From Monocercomonoides exilis PA203 (Eukaryota; Protista; Preaxostyla): a DNA stretch of 64,000 nt. The position numbers and the translations under genes were made by a program. The stretch spans positions 1,488,001 through 1,552,000 of the forward strand of contig LSRY02000018.1 in assembly GCA_001643675.2 (NCBI GenBank), in the 5' to 3' direction. The notes beneath the pieces are model-generated. The model was given only the letters and a program-made list of their open reading frames with translations, did not search any database and was not told the DNA's origin. Below, in pieces: positions 49,073-61,650 of the stretch. Position 1 is the stretch's first letter. The number at the start of each line of letters is the position of its first letter.

Positions 49073-52000
49073 ATGGAAAGTGAAATTCCAATTGGATATG
49101 TTCAATCTGAAGGGCTCAGCAAACACGAAATTATGAGTTTTTCAATTTTTTTTACTCTTTTCAATCAACCGAAGCATCCGAGTAAGAAATGGGAAATTTT
49201 TATGTGGACAGTAACAATGCTTCAAATGGTTACGATTAGTTTCTTTCGAATCGACACCTCGACGCAAGAAGTGAATAGAATTTCAAAGGTTTGCCAGTTT
49301 TATTTTTTATTTATCGAATAAAAAATAAAATTTTCCTTTTCTGTGTTTTGTAAAATGCTGCTCACCTTATATATATATATATAAATTTTGCTTGACTCAA
49401 ACTTCACCAGTACTTATGCTATCTTGATGGATCATCCCTTGGATATCTTGCTGGGACATCAATTTCGTTTGTGTTGATGGGATGTGCAGCATATTTTGTT
49501 TTGCTTACTGCGTACTTGGTTGCGGTGGCAGCGTTTCAAGGCGTTATTTCTGGTTCACAGCCATGGGTAATTTCACTGCTGCGTTGGACTGTGAATGTTA
49601 CATATACGATCTTGTTTATCCCATTGACTTCGATATGCATAACTATATTTGATTGCTATGAATCAGGAGGGCAAACGATTCATCGGGGATTTGAAGGAAG
49701 TTGCTTCGGAGATTTGCTATTGATTTTTAGATTTGTGATATCAATAGTTGTTCTGAGCTTAATGTTGATATCTTCAATTTTTATAAACAACATGATTTTC
49801 AACCACAATCCGAAGCATGGTGGGCTATGGTCATCGCCAAGTGGGCTGTGGCAAGCAGTGGATTCATCTCTTGTGTTTGGATGTGTGTTTGCGATGAGAA
49901 TGCTGTATGGGTGGCCGTTCTGGCGAGGAGCTGTGACGATTGGATCTTCTCTGGTGATGATGGTGTATTTTGTGTATATTCAGCCGATATACAAACTTAA
50001 TGGAAATCTGCTGATGGGCAGTAAATGGTGCTTATTTGGGTGCTTGAGACTTATTGACGAAATTCTTTATGCAATTGAAGGTGCAACAGGCAACTGGATA
50101 ATTACTATTGTGCTTCAAGTTGTTGGACTAATAGCTGGAATTGTTGCTTGTGCAGTGCTGTTGCCTAAGATTGGCCGAAAGATGAGAGAGAAAAAGTATC
50201 TTTTAACAGCTTTTGGCAACCAATTGTCAGATATTTGCACGAAAAATCCTTCTTTGGCTCTGCCTCCTCTGAAGAAGCCAGAAAGAGTGGAGCCATCACT
50301 TCGCTTTATACAACAGAAAGAATACAATTCGATGATTCATTTGACATTTGCGGATTACGTGTACACACACGCACTAAAGACTAACCCGAACAACAGCATG
50401 CTGTGCTTCCAATATGCGACGTTTTTGGCCGCCTACCGTAAAAACTACATGAAGGCGAATGGGCTCATCCAGAAGGCACGGTCGCTTTCTCCGAACCTGT
50501 TTCTGAGGTTTGTGCTCTTCTGCAAGACGAAAGAGAACGATGGAAGGGCAAACGGAGAAAACGCGAGAAATGGAAGAAGCGGTTTGAATTCGTATGCCTT
50601 TACGACTCTGAGAGCAAAAGCGGAGAAGCACCATGAGCTGGCTGTGAGTGCGATGAAGGATTTTTTCGAGAATGCAACAGCGGTCCAGCCGGATTTCAAG
50701 GCGATTCCTGTTCTTCTGAATTCTGTTGTTAAGAACGAAGAAATTGCACGAAAGAGCTACGAAGAGCTGATTGAATCGCATGAGCAGAGTGCGGAAGTGC
50801 TGCGGAGCTATGCGCGCCTTCTTTTGGATATCTACGACGACGAAGACGAGGCAGAGATGATTCTGAACAGAGCAGACAGCATCGAGGAAGACTCAACCAG
50901 CTCTTACGAGTCTTCAATTCACACACACGCAGCAGAGATTTATGACGCTTCGCTTGGTGCTGGAGAGAAGGACAAGGCAGATGATAGGATGAAAAGGGGA
51001 AATGAAAGAATAAGTTGCGGTGGAGATGGCAGTACTAAACGTGAATTGGGCGATGCTCATTCAGAAAGGACTGAAAGCTTTGGAGTGTCTATGAGATATG
51101 AAGAGAAAGATGGGAGAGAACAGAGAGGAGCAGAAGGAAGGTTTGAAACCAGCCCATCTTCTTATGAGCTGCTGAATTATGACTCGGAGCAAGTTGCGTT
51201 GGCAAGCAATGAGATGCAGTTACACCAGTCGTCCAGTTACATCAAGAGGCATCAAAAGTCGAATAAAAAGAAGAGAAAGAAGAAGAAGAAGAAGAAGAAC
51301 GAGATGATTGTCGATCTTATGTCAGGCGGCCGCGGCAAAAACGGAGATGATAGCGATTCAATGAATACAATGAGGTGCTCTGCGATTCTTCTCCATTTGA
51401 CGTGTATAATTGCGCTTGTTGTTGCAATTGCTGCGTACATCACGATGACTACGACGTATAAGAGCGATTTGGACACGCTGCGTGCGGTGTGCGACTTGTC
51501 GTATCACACTGCCCGTTCTGCATGCATCAGCTACAACTTCTTTGTGTACGACATCCGGTTCAAATTTGAGGATCCGGCTATTTTGGACGAGTGGACGCCG
51601 ACGATGGTGCGGAAGAAGGAGCTGCTGACGATGCTGCAGGAGACATCAGAGAACATGGCGTCGATGCTGGGGAGGGTGCACGGCTCGACCTCAAACTTGG
51701 ATCCATGGGAGGCAGCGAACATCGACACGTACATGTTCATATTCTCCACGAAGAACGAGACACAGCCAGATGGCAGCGTAGAGGAGGTGGTGGGCACGAA
51801 GAAGCAGATTCTGCAGCCTTCGTCAATGTTGGAGGTGCTGGCCACACTGTCGCAGATGCTGCGCCATCTTTCCGTTTCAGACATGTCTTCTCGCCCGAAG
51901 GACCCAAATTATCTGGCAGACATGCAGTATTTGGTGTTCAACTGCCCTGTCCCGATTTTAGACGGAGCAAAAAAGGTTATTTTATCCTATTTTGAGCGAA

Positions 52001-54783
52001 TGAATTCAGTCTGCGACAAAATTATTATCGTTTTTATTCTCTTCATCACATTGTTCCTTGTGCCTCTGACGATTGTACAGCTTGTGATATTCATTGTGTT
52101 CACCAAAAAATCAGTGAAGGTTCGGATGAGGGCGTATCATGCAATGTTGGATGTGCCGAAGAACAAAATGCAAAGTGTTGTTCGTCGCCTTCTTTCAGAC
52201 GACGAAGATGCAGTTGATGACTTTCAAATCGAAGCTGCGTTGAATGGGAATCAAAATGAGAAGGAGCCAGAAAGCAGCTCCAGTGAAAAGCATGAGCAAT
52301 TTGAAGATGATGAAGCACAGCTTATTGATGAAAGCACAGATGAAAGCGAGCCAAGTTCTCTTCCAAAGAAAAACATGCGGAATATTATTGGCAGTGGAAG
52401 ACAGATCGAAGAGAAACAGACAGACAGCAAGGCCAATTCTCCATCTGTTAGAAAGACATTGCAAATTCTTGACCAATCTGATATGGAGCTTGATCCCGAA
52501 AGATCGAGTTACCTGCTGCTTTCTAGTGCTAATCGTTCGATGGATTCGATTACTGGCACTCCTTTTTCGCGGGCCACTCCGAAATCACTTCTTGGAGAAC
52601 TGACTGCATCAACATCTTCGACTCCTGTGTACCAATTTCAAACACCCAGAATCGATGAAGAGAATACAAGTACACAAACAACTGAACAGAATTCAAGAAG
52701 CTGTAGATCTTCTCCTTCAATGCCACAAGTGCCAATTTCTGCTTTTTGCGCTCCAAAACCTGAAGTTTCTGGAAATGATGTGTTTAATACAGACATGGTT
52801 GAAAGCGCTTCCAAAGATATCGCTAAAAACAAGAGTTTAAAAGAAGATAATGGAGCGAATGGCAATAAGAAAGTAACAACAGAAAGTGCTTTTAAAGAGC
52901 AGTTGTCTCCGGTGTGCTATGGGAATGCAAATAATGGAATTCAGACTAGTCAACAGCAGAACATCAGTCAAAGAATTCCTCTTGCCAATCCTGTTCCATC
53001 AATGTCCTTTCTGCCTGTTCTTCTTACTGGAATTGAACACAATCCGCATCGCAATCTGACAGCAGCAAGCTTAGCGTCTGCGCAAACATCGATTTCTGAG
53101 CATGATTCAGAATTAGAATTTGGCGTAGTGTCAATGCCACCCTCTGTCGCTTCCTCAAATCCATTCATGCAGAACAACCTATCGCCGTGCTGGCAGAATG
53201 ATCTGCCTTTGCAAATGGATCATTTTTCTCCGATTCCACCAGTTGGAGCAATTTACGCAAAAACCGACCAAAATTCATTGGGTCAGGGCGAGCCGCATGT
53301 TCAAACGCAGCCGCCTCAACAAAATGGAGCTATTGAAGCGAAATTCACTTTGGATGATGAAGATTCCGAGGAAGCAGAAAAAAACAAGCAAGCGGGATTG
53401 ATAAGAAATGCTGTTGAAGACACATTTTGGGAAGAAGGAATGGAAAAAGAGGTTGAAAAATTAGAAGCAACTTACAAACAGCTGCCAACTCCTATCACCA
53501 TTAAAATCGTCGTTACGTGTATTCTTTCTCTGACACTTGGCATCGTCACAATCGTAACCACAGTTGCCCTGGTGCTGTTTTATGTGGGCAATTACAGGCC
53601 AACCTCTGCCAACATCATCATGTCAGGGATGCGTGCATCAATTCTGTTCCAGATCCAGTTTTTGCTGTCAACAATACTACAGCCGATACAAATGATTAAA
53701 ACAGACCAGTCTGTAACATTTCCTACGTCCAGCAATCCAGTCATGCACAACTCTTCTCATTGCTCAGGTTCTCCAGTTGTTGCACGCGATATGCTTGTTC
53801 CAATGTCCAAGTATTTTGAAGCGGTGCATCTTGACTGTCATTTTGGAGACTCAGATTACACACACACGAATGATTACACATACGACTCAGTGTCTGTGAA
53901 GCGGATGAACACTGCTGTCAACCACCAATTGCTTCTGCAGAAGGCTGATTGCTTTCTTGCAGATTCGGATGACTGCTCGCAAGTGGATGAGTATCGGATG
54001 TACGGAGTGAAAGGAACGATTTATGGACTTACGACGCTATTGTCTCGGCTGAGGGTGAATCTGGAGAGGATTTCAAAGATGGATGTCAGCGACATCAATT
54101 TGTTTAATCCTGAAGCACGGTTTGTGATGACTGCATTGAGAAGTGACATAACGGCGGGCTTGAACAAGATGACAAACATGATTTTGGCAACAGGAAAAGA
54201 AGAAGTACAAGAGTCCATTACAACTTTGACTGTTGTTGTTGCTTCTTTTTGCTTTCTGTATTTTATTAGTATGTTCGGAAACGGACTGACATATATAAAG
54301 GAAATTGAGTTTATAGAAACTGTATCAAAGAAGTTGTTTGAGCTGCTGCCTGTCAAAGAAGATGAGAGAGAGATTGAAATGGTGCCTTCGATGATGACAG
54401 GAAACGATTCCTTTGACAAAGGAAGAGAAGCCATTCTTGATGCTGCCCAGCAACTTCTCACTTCAATTAACCAGAATGATGATTTTGAAACTGTGGTGTC
54501 AGCATTCTATCAGCTTTCATCAACGGCATTGGCAATATTCAACGAAGAGGAAAAAGAAATGGCTGTGAAGAATTATCCTGGAATTGAAAAGCACAAGAAA
54601 GAACATATGCTGTTGAGGCAGAGGTTGACGTTGATCGGAGACCAGCTTCACTCAAAGAACGATGCGGCGAAAGCTATCGGAAAGAGAAAGCTAATTTCAC
54701 TGTTTGATGTACACTTTACTGATGAAGACATTACCTTTGCAGAAGCTGTTTTTGAATTGAATATATGTGATCAGAAGCAGTAA
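49073..54783 (+). CDS. TmcB/TmcC-like polytopic membrane protein with a C-terminal hemerythrin-like domain; 2 exons (intron 49289-49410)
   Basis: An N-terminal multi-TM bundle, a TPR-like region (YATFL, LRSYARLLLDIYDDEDEA), two further TM-flanked domains and a C-terminus reading FNEEEKEM...YPGIEKHKKEH...LFDVHFTDED. Confidence 0.75.
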
Positions 54784-55691
54784 GAAATGTGAAAGAAGTA
54801 ATAAACAAATGAGTCAATCACAACATATTTGGTCTGTATGTATCGTATATATTCTTTGTTTATGTATTGTGCACACACAAAGATATTCATATGCCTATTG
54901 GAAGCATATTTATTTGATTCAGTTTTTATAAATAATTCCTTTTTTATTTTCAATTTTTCTAGAATATATGTACATTCATCATTTTCTCAAATATTTGAGA
55001 AAGAAACTATTTTTTGCGAAGTCTTATCTAATTTTTATGTATCATCTTGATTGTTGATTTGCATTACTTTTTATTTTTTTTACAAAAATAGTTGAATAAT
55101 CAACATATCATCCATGCAATTTATTATTTTTATTTTATTTTATTTTATTTTATTTTATTTTAAATTTGTTTGTTTGTTTGTTTATTTATTTTTAATGTTA
55201 AGTATTTAATCAATGTCTTCTTTATATTTATTCAAAATAGGATTGTATTCATTTTTTCCCCTTTTATTTTGATTTCAAACAAATTTATATAGTTGTACAT
55301 ATAATCTATGCTCTTTCTTATTTCGATTTTTACAAGTCTTTTTTTAAAATTGTCAACTGAATTTTACTTGTTTCGATTTCCAAACGAATTTCTTTCTTTC
55401 TCTTTTTTTCGTTTTATTTATGAAATGTATTGTTTTCTGTTTCTTTTCTTTTTTTGGAAAGTCCTCTTTATTCTTAAGTTCTTAATTTATTTTTGTTGAG
55501 TTTTATTTACTAAAGTCGTGATCTTCAGAATTAAAATGATTTTCATCGCCTTTTTAAAAACATTTTTGTGAAATTGTAGTATTTTAATTTTCAAAATTGT
55601 ATATTTTTGTTATAAACCAACTTTTTTGAAATTCCTTGAAATGCACTAAAAAAATCTATTTAGAATATTTACTGATATTTTTACCTTTTTT

Positions 55692-55798
55692 TTATTTTAT
55701 TTTATTTTATTTTATTTTATTTTATTTTATTTTATTTTATTTTATTTTATTTTATTTTATTTTATTTTATTTTATTTTATTTTATTTTATTTGTTTTG

Positions 55799-55825
<27 letters not shown>
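55692..55825. repeat. (TTTTA)n microsatellite grading into (TTTTG)n
   Basis: About 20 TTTTA units followed by TTTTG units. A shorter copy lies at about 55125-55190. Confidence 0.95.
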
Positions 55826-55829
<4 letters not shown>

Positions 55830-56295
55830 GTAATTTTAATTTTAATTTTTTTTAATTTGTTCAGTTTGGTGGCATTTCTTGGAGGAGTGAAAGAGATTGG
55901 ATCAATTTTCATTCTATCTTTTACAAAATTTAAATATTCAAAAAAAGATGGTTTCTGAGAAAAAAAATATTCTTTTTTAAGCAGTTGATGTTTTGTAAGG
56001 CTTTCAAGTCATCAACATTCAAGATACGGAAATTAAAATGAAATAAACTCATTCAGTTCAATGCCATTTCAAATCAGAATTCAATTGGGAATAAAACAAA
56101 TAACAGTTGCAAGGATAACAAAAAAACTATTTTCGTTCATTCATTTCATCCATAAAATCCATAAAAATTCAAATGAAATTATCTTTATTATGTATTGATG
56201 AGGACACATTTATAATTTTCAACATTTTTTTAGAAATAATTCCACAAAAAATGATAACATAAAAAATGGATAGAATTGATCAAGAAAATAAAAGA

Positions 56296-56754
56296 ATGCC
56301 TTCAAGACTTCACGTTCCTGGAAAAATTTTAGGATTCAGACGGTTATATTTTTCTTTTGTTTTTTGGAGTTAGCCACGCATTTTTGCAATCTTTTTATTG
56401 ATTTGTTAGAGGAAAACATACACAACATCCAAACATCTCTCTTCTCGAGGTTCAAGGATGCACATCAACTCATGGCGCTCGATATTATCTTGGAAAGACA
56501 GTATATTACATTTATAAAGTGAAAAAGGTTTGACTTCAAAATATTTATTTTCAAAAGAAGTAATTTACGTGTCTTCTTTTATTCTCATGATATTTGTTCA
56601 GTGCAAATCAAACAAAAAGGGAATTAAAGTCATTAGAGGGAAAGTCGTGAAAACTCACGGAAACAGTGGTGTTGTTCGTGCTCGCTTCACACACAACATT
56701 CCACCAAAAGCTTTTGGCGCATCTGTGAGAGTGATGCTTTATCCCCAGCATTAA
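56296..56754 (+). CDS. RPL35A: 60S ribosomal protein L35a (eL33); exons 56296-56342, 56410-56527, 56602-56754
   Basis: Spliced product [28 protein letters not shown]...YYLGK..YIYK...[36 protein letters not shown]. Confidence 0.96.
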
Positions 56755-57060
56755 AATATGTTTCAGAAAAAATGTTATATCTTTTGATTCTATTTTCACT
56801 TCTTCATAACAAACCAGGGAATGTGGATTTTGTGAATCATCTCATGTAAAGTTTTTTTTTTCCTTTTCGACATAAAAATGAAACATCGAATGGATAATAG
56901 CATTTTCTTCTCAATTCACAATCATCTTAACTATTAAAACTTTATCAAAAGCGTAGTCGCAAAATAAGATGATTACAACTTGATATGGGAATAAAGATAT
57001 TCACAGAAAAAGACAAGAAAATATCTTTTAAAAATATAATGACACAAAAAACTGGTATGT

Positions 57061-57412
57061 TCATTCGCCTGCCATCATTTGCTCGTAATCTGTCAAATCA
57101 GATTCACGTTGTTTTGCATATAGCATCACTTTATATTGTAAATCAGATTGTTGGAAAAAATCACAAATAAAGCGCAAAATATCAGCTTTCGTAGCTGGTT
57201 TCTTCACAACTAATTCTTGGAATAAGCATCGTATGAGATCAGATAATTCCGGATGACTCCTAAAAATAAATAAATTCAGAAAGAATTGTTAAGCGATTAA
57301 ATGATAATTCAACGTACCTTAAATAAATCTCTCTTTCTATCTTGTAGTCGATTTTTTCTTCTGACAAAATATCTTGCTGCTCAGATGATAGTATTTTTTG
57401 TGGTTGAGACAT
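57061..57412 (-). CDS. RIIa-domain protein (RIIAD1-like), 97 aa; exons 57412-57318 and 57259-57061; absent from the ORF track
   Basis: MSQPQKILSSEQQDILSEEKIDYKIEREIYLRSHPELSDLIRCLFQELVVKKP..ILRFICDFF, matching the RIIAD1 pattern LS.EQQ..L..KI..E.YLR.HPE. The GT-AG intron preserves frame. Confidence 0.75.
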
Positions 57413-57645
57413 GAATCAAACGTTTTGAGGAATTAAATTCTATTATATTTTTCATGATCCAAAATGTAACACATAATACTTTGGGCGAAAGGCGCTTTAT
57501 TGAGTTTTGTTCTCTGATTGTGTTTGTATGTTTTTTCTCATAATTTTTGCTTTATATATTTCCTTGAATTTTTATTTCTATTACACTTCATGTTCAACTG
57601 ATAATTGCGATTTATGATTCTTTGCTTTGTATCAGAACCTCAAAG

Positions 57646-59814
57646 ATGTCTGATCTTCATATTCTTTTCAATCCAAAGACTGTTGCTTTGATTGGAGCCA
57701 GTGAATCAGTTGGTGTTGGGCGCACAATGATGTCAAACCTTATGAAATGCTCATTTGGTGGAACCATTTATCCCATCAACCCAAAACGTGATACCATCCT
57801 TGGAGTGAAGTGCCACAAATCAGTGAAGGAATTGGAAAAGGGTTCAGTTGACTTGGCAATTATTGCAGTCAATGCCCGTTTTGTTCCTGGTTCAGTGAGA
57901 GATTGCGCTGAAATTGGGGTGAAGACTTGCATCATTGTTTCTGCAGGTTTCGCTGAAATGGGAGAGCCAGGTCGCGCATTGGAACGTGAAATCATGTCCA
58001 TTGCAAAACCAGTTGGAATGCGCATTGTTGGTCCAAACTGTCTTGGATTGATGTCCAGCTCAAGCGGATTGAATGCAACCTTTGCTGCTGACATGGTGAA
58101 TGACGGATCAGTTGCATTCTTTTCACAATCTGGTGCTCTTTGCACATCTGTTTTGGACTACAGCAAACAAGTTGGATTTGGATTCAGCGCATTCGTGAGC
58201 GTTGGTTCAATGCTTGATGTTGACTGGCCAACTTTGATTGATTACTTTGGAAATGATGAGAAGACATCAGCAATCTGCATTTACATGGAAACTGTCGGAA
58301 AAGCCAAGCCATTCTTGGAAGCCTGCCAAAGAGTTAGCAAGAAGAAGCCAATCGTTGTTATTAAAGCCGGCCGTTCTGCAGCAGGAAAGAAAGCTGCTTC
58401 ATCTCACACCGGTGCACTTGCAGGTGCTGATGAGGTTGCAGATGCAGCATTCGAAAGAGCTGGCGTCCTTCGTGTTGTTGAAATCGCTGATCTGTTCGCT
58501 CTTATGGAGATGCTCAACAGCCAGCCAATGCCAAAGGGCAAACGTCTCACAGTTGTGACAAATGCTGGTGGCCCAGGTGTACTGACTACTGATTCGTTGT
58601 ATGTTGGAGGAGGTGAGCTTGCTCCAGTCAGCGACGAAATGATGGCCAAGTTCAATGAATTCTTGCCAGCTGCATGGTCTCATGGAAACCCCATCGATAT
58701 TCTTGGAGATGCTCTTCCAGATCGTTATGAGAAGACTGTCCGGCTTTCAGTTGAAGATCCAAATGTTGATGCCATCCTTGTTATCTTGACTCCACAAGAT
58801 ATGACCGATCCAACAGCCACAGCTGAAGCCCTGAAACAACATGCCAAGTGCGGTAAGCTGTTCATGTGCTCATGGATGGGAGGCAAAGAGGTAGCAAAAG
58901 GAACACAAATCCTGAGAGAGGCTAAGATTCCAGTCTTCAACTACCCCGACCAGGCTGTCCGTGTATTCAACTATCTCCACAGCTATGGAAAACAGATCAC
59001 AAAATTGGAAGAACCAACACTTGCCACTCCAGAGCTTGGCTTTGATCTCGCAAAAGCAAGAGAAGAGGTCAGACAGATCTACTCAAATGCTCTTGAGAAA
59101 GGAAGAACCATCCTTTCAGAATACGAATCAAAGAAGATTCTTGCTGCCTATCACATTCCAGGAGGACAAACCGAATTGGCTCTGTCTCCCGATGAAGCAG
59201 TCGAAGCAGCAAAGAAGATTGGCTTCCCAGTTGTGATGAAAGTCCACTCTGAAACAATCACCCATAAATCAGATGTTGGTGGCGTGAAGTTGAACATCAA
59301 GAACGAGGAAGAAGTGCGCGCTGCATTCAATGAAATCAAATCCAACGTCGCACGCAACGCAAAGGAGAGCGATTTCCTCGGATGTGTTGTGTTGCCCATG
59401 ATCACATTGAAGGATTCATACGAAGTTATCCTCGGTGCCAATGTTGACCCACAATTCGGTCCAGTCATCTTGTTCGGATTGGGAGGTGTTCTTGTCGAAG
59501 TGTTCAAGGACAAAGCATTGGGACTTGCTCCATTGAACAAGACCTTCGCCCGCTCAATGTTGGAGAAAACAAAAATCTTCCAGGCATTGAAAGGTGTCAG
59601 AGGAAAGAAGCCAGTTAACATCGATGAGCTTGTTGACATCATCATCCACTTCTCACAATTGCTTGCTGACCACCCATGGATCTCAGAGTTCGATATCAAC
59701 CCAATGCTGTGCTCACCTGATGGAATTCTTGCTCTTGATGCTCGTATTCTTATCTACAAGAAGGCTGAACACAAAGAAGAGGAACTCCCTCACACTTGCA
59801 TCCCAGTTCAGTAA
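57646..59814 (+). CDS. ADP-forming acetyl-CoA synthetase (fused alpha-beta subunits), intronless
   Basis: CoA-binding domain (VALIGAS, IYPINPK), GPNCLG, SQSGA, ASSHTGALAG (phospho-His), TNAGGPG, NPIDILGDA, and an ATP-grasp domain (HKSDVGGV, DPQFGPVILFGLGG, DINP, LDAR). Confidence 0.95.
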   Translation: MSDLHILFNPKTVALIGASESVGVGRTMMSNLMKCSFGGTIYPINPKRDTILGVKCHKSVKELEKGSVDLAIIAVNARFVPGSVRDCAEIGVKTCIIVSAGFAEMGEPGRALEREIMSIAKPVGMRIVGPNCLGLMSSSSGLNATFAADMVNDGSVAFFSQSGALCTSVLDYSKQVGFGFSAFVSVGSMLDVDWPTLIDYFGNDEKTSAICIYMETVGKAKPFLEACQRVSKKKPIVVIKAGRSAAGKKAASSHTGALAGADEVADAAFERAGVLRVVEIADLFALMEMLNSQPMPKGKRLTVVTNAGGPGVLTTDSLYVGGGELAPVSDEMMAKFNEFLPAAWSHGNPIDILGDALPDRYEKTVRLSVEDPNVDAILVILTPQDMTDPTATAEALKQHAKCGKLFMCSWMGGKEVAKGTQILREAKIPVFNYPDQAVRVFNYLHSYGKQITKLEEPTLATPELGFDLAKAREEVRQIYSNALEKGRTILSEYESKKILAAYHIPGGQTELALSPDEAVEAAKKIGFPVVMKVHSETITHKSDVGGVKLNIKNEEEVRAAFNEIKSNVARNAKESDFLGCVVLPMITLKDSYEVILGANVDPQFGPVILFGLGGVLVEVFKDKALGLAPLNKTFARSMLEKTKIFQALKGVRGKKPVNIDELVDIIIHFSQLLADHPWISEFDINPMLCSPDGILALDARILIYKKAEHKEEELPHTCIPVQ

Positions 59815-60442
59815 AGCTTTTATTAATATATGTTTGTTTCTGTTGCCTACAAATTCTGTTTTTCGTAAAGATAACGTTTTGAAGTTTTGGATAGGAATTT
59901 TCATATGTTTTTACATTCTTTTCATGACTTTGAATAGTTACTCGTTTGTATTTATATGTTTTCCGTTCATTCAAAGAGTATTTTCTTTGTTGTATCTTTT
60001 GAAATGAATTGATTGATTCTTTTTGAAAGACATTTTCATGAAAATATTCTTTTTAATAAAACACTCCTTTATAATTGCAAAAAAAATTTTTTTATTAGAA
60101 TATTCCTGCTGAAAAAATCAAAAATAAAATGAAGTCGTTTTGCAGCGCTTCTAAATTGAATAAAAGATATTTTCATGAACTTTTGATTTGCAAAAAAATA
60201 ATTAATAAAGTTATAATAAAATCAAATACTATCAATTTAAAAGAGAAAATAATAAATACAGTTGTCAAATCCCAAGAGATAAACAAAAATTGAATATTCA
60301 TAATATGTCTTGAAATTTGTTATTCATTTTTTCGAATACAAAGTTTAACCTTTGTTTTTAACATTTTTTAATTTTTTATATCAAAAATTTAATTTGGCAC
60401 AATAAAACCCATTAATAGATTTTAAAGACAAAAGACCGTTTC

Positions 60443-60791
60443 ATGAGTAAGAGGCCAAGTAAGCTTCAAAACTATTCAGCAAATCAATTTGAGCAATCAT
60501 ACTCCCCTCACAGACTTCAAAATTGGAGACAGCCATTCGAAAAGGAGGGAATTGTCTGATTATTAATTTATTGTTTCCTTTTGCAATTTTCTTTTTCAGG
60601 AACCAGGAAAAACATTTGAACGTGTGAAACCTGCAAAGCCAGATGGAACACCAGATTTTATCTGCGATGATAGAGGACATTTATTTGCAGATAAAAAGCC
60701 AAAAACTCGCTCAATGGAAAGAACTGCATTTGTTAAAGCTCCTGAAACAGGAACTGTTGGATTTAATTTCACAGCAGTTGGTTATACATAA
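60443..60791 (+). CDS. CFAP126: Flattop/CFAP126-like ciliary protein, 100 aa; exons 60443-60553 and 60600-60791; absent from the ORF track
   Basis: NYSANQFEQSYSPHRLQNW and FICDDRGHL match the Flattop motifs YSANQ(Y/F)E...LQNW and DRGHL. The intron is a 46-nt phase-0 GT-AG intron. Confidence 0.8.
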
Positions 60792-61650
60792 ATTTAATAT
60801 TTTCTTATGGATGCATCTGCGTTCTAGCTTTTTCGTTTGACATCACGTTTTCAACACTTCAATTTCATGTTTCTCTCTCTGAACCTTCAAACTTTTTATT
60901 CTTTTCAATTTCATTGTTCACATTACATGTTTCGTGTGAGTATGTTATGTATATGCACCAATAATTTCTCATCACATTCATTTTAAATATAAAAGGAAAT
61001 AATTGAATCTTTTCACATAATAATTGTTTCTTTTGTTATTGGAATATTTGTTTCGACATAATTCTTTCAAGAAAATAGGCGCTTCAATATGAAAGTTATT
61101 TGTTCGTGTTTTGATGACAATTCAAATGTTTTGGTTTGTGCGATGCCCAACAATGAAAAAAACACTAATTGAATTAAATTGAACATCATTTTCAAGTTTG
61201 GATTTAAAAAAAAATACAGAAAATCATATTCGTGAAAACTATCCTTCAAATGGTGAAGAGCAAGTTTTATTTTGTTTGATTGAAAATGAAATTTTTTTTG
61301 ATTATTTTTTTGTGAATAAATTGTTCATAAAAATTTTGTGAAAGCACTTCATTGCAATCATTCATACTCATCAAAGTTGCTATGAACTTTATAACAAAAA
61401 AGCAAACAAGTTGGAAAAAAATTTGATTTTTGTTTATGATTTGTTGTTCATTTTCATAAAATCAGAATTTTTTGTTTTCTCTGTTTCGAAATAAATTTAA
61501 AACATGACTTGAATTAAACGAAATGAAAATTGAAATAACTCAATTAAAACATTTTGTCAAACAAAACTCAAACGAATCAATTTCATAAAGAGAATTTTTA
61601 GCAAATCAATGAGAACAGTTAATAGTGGAGTTTTTAACTTCATTTTGTTT

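Noticed and set aside
55636-55833. ORF with (FYFIL)n repeats
   Set aside because: It is a translation of the TTTTA microsatellite.
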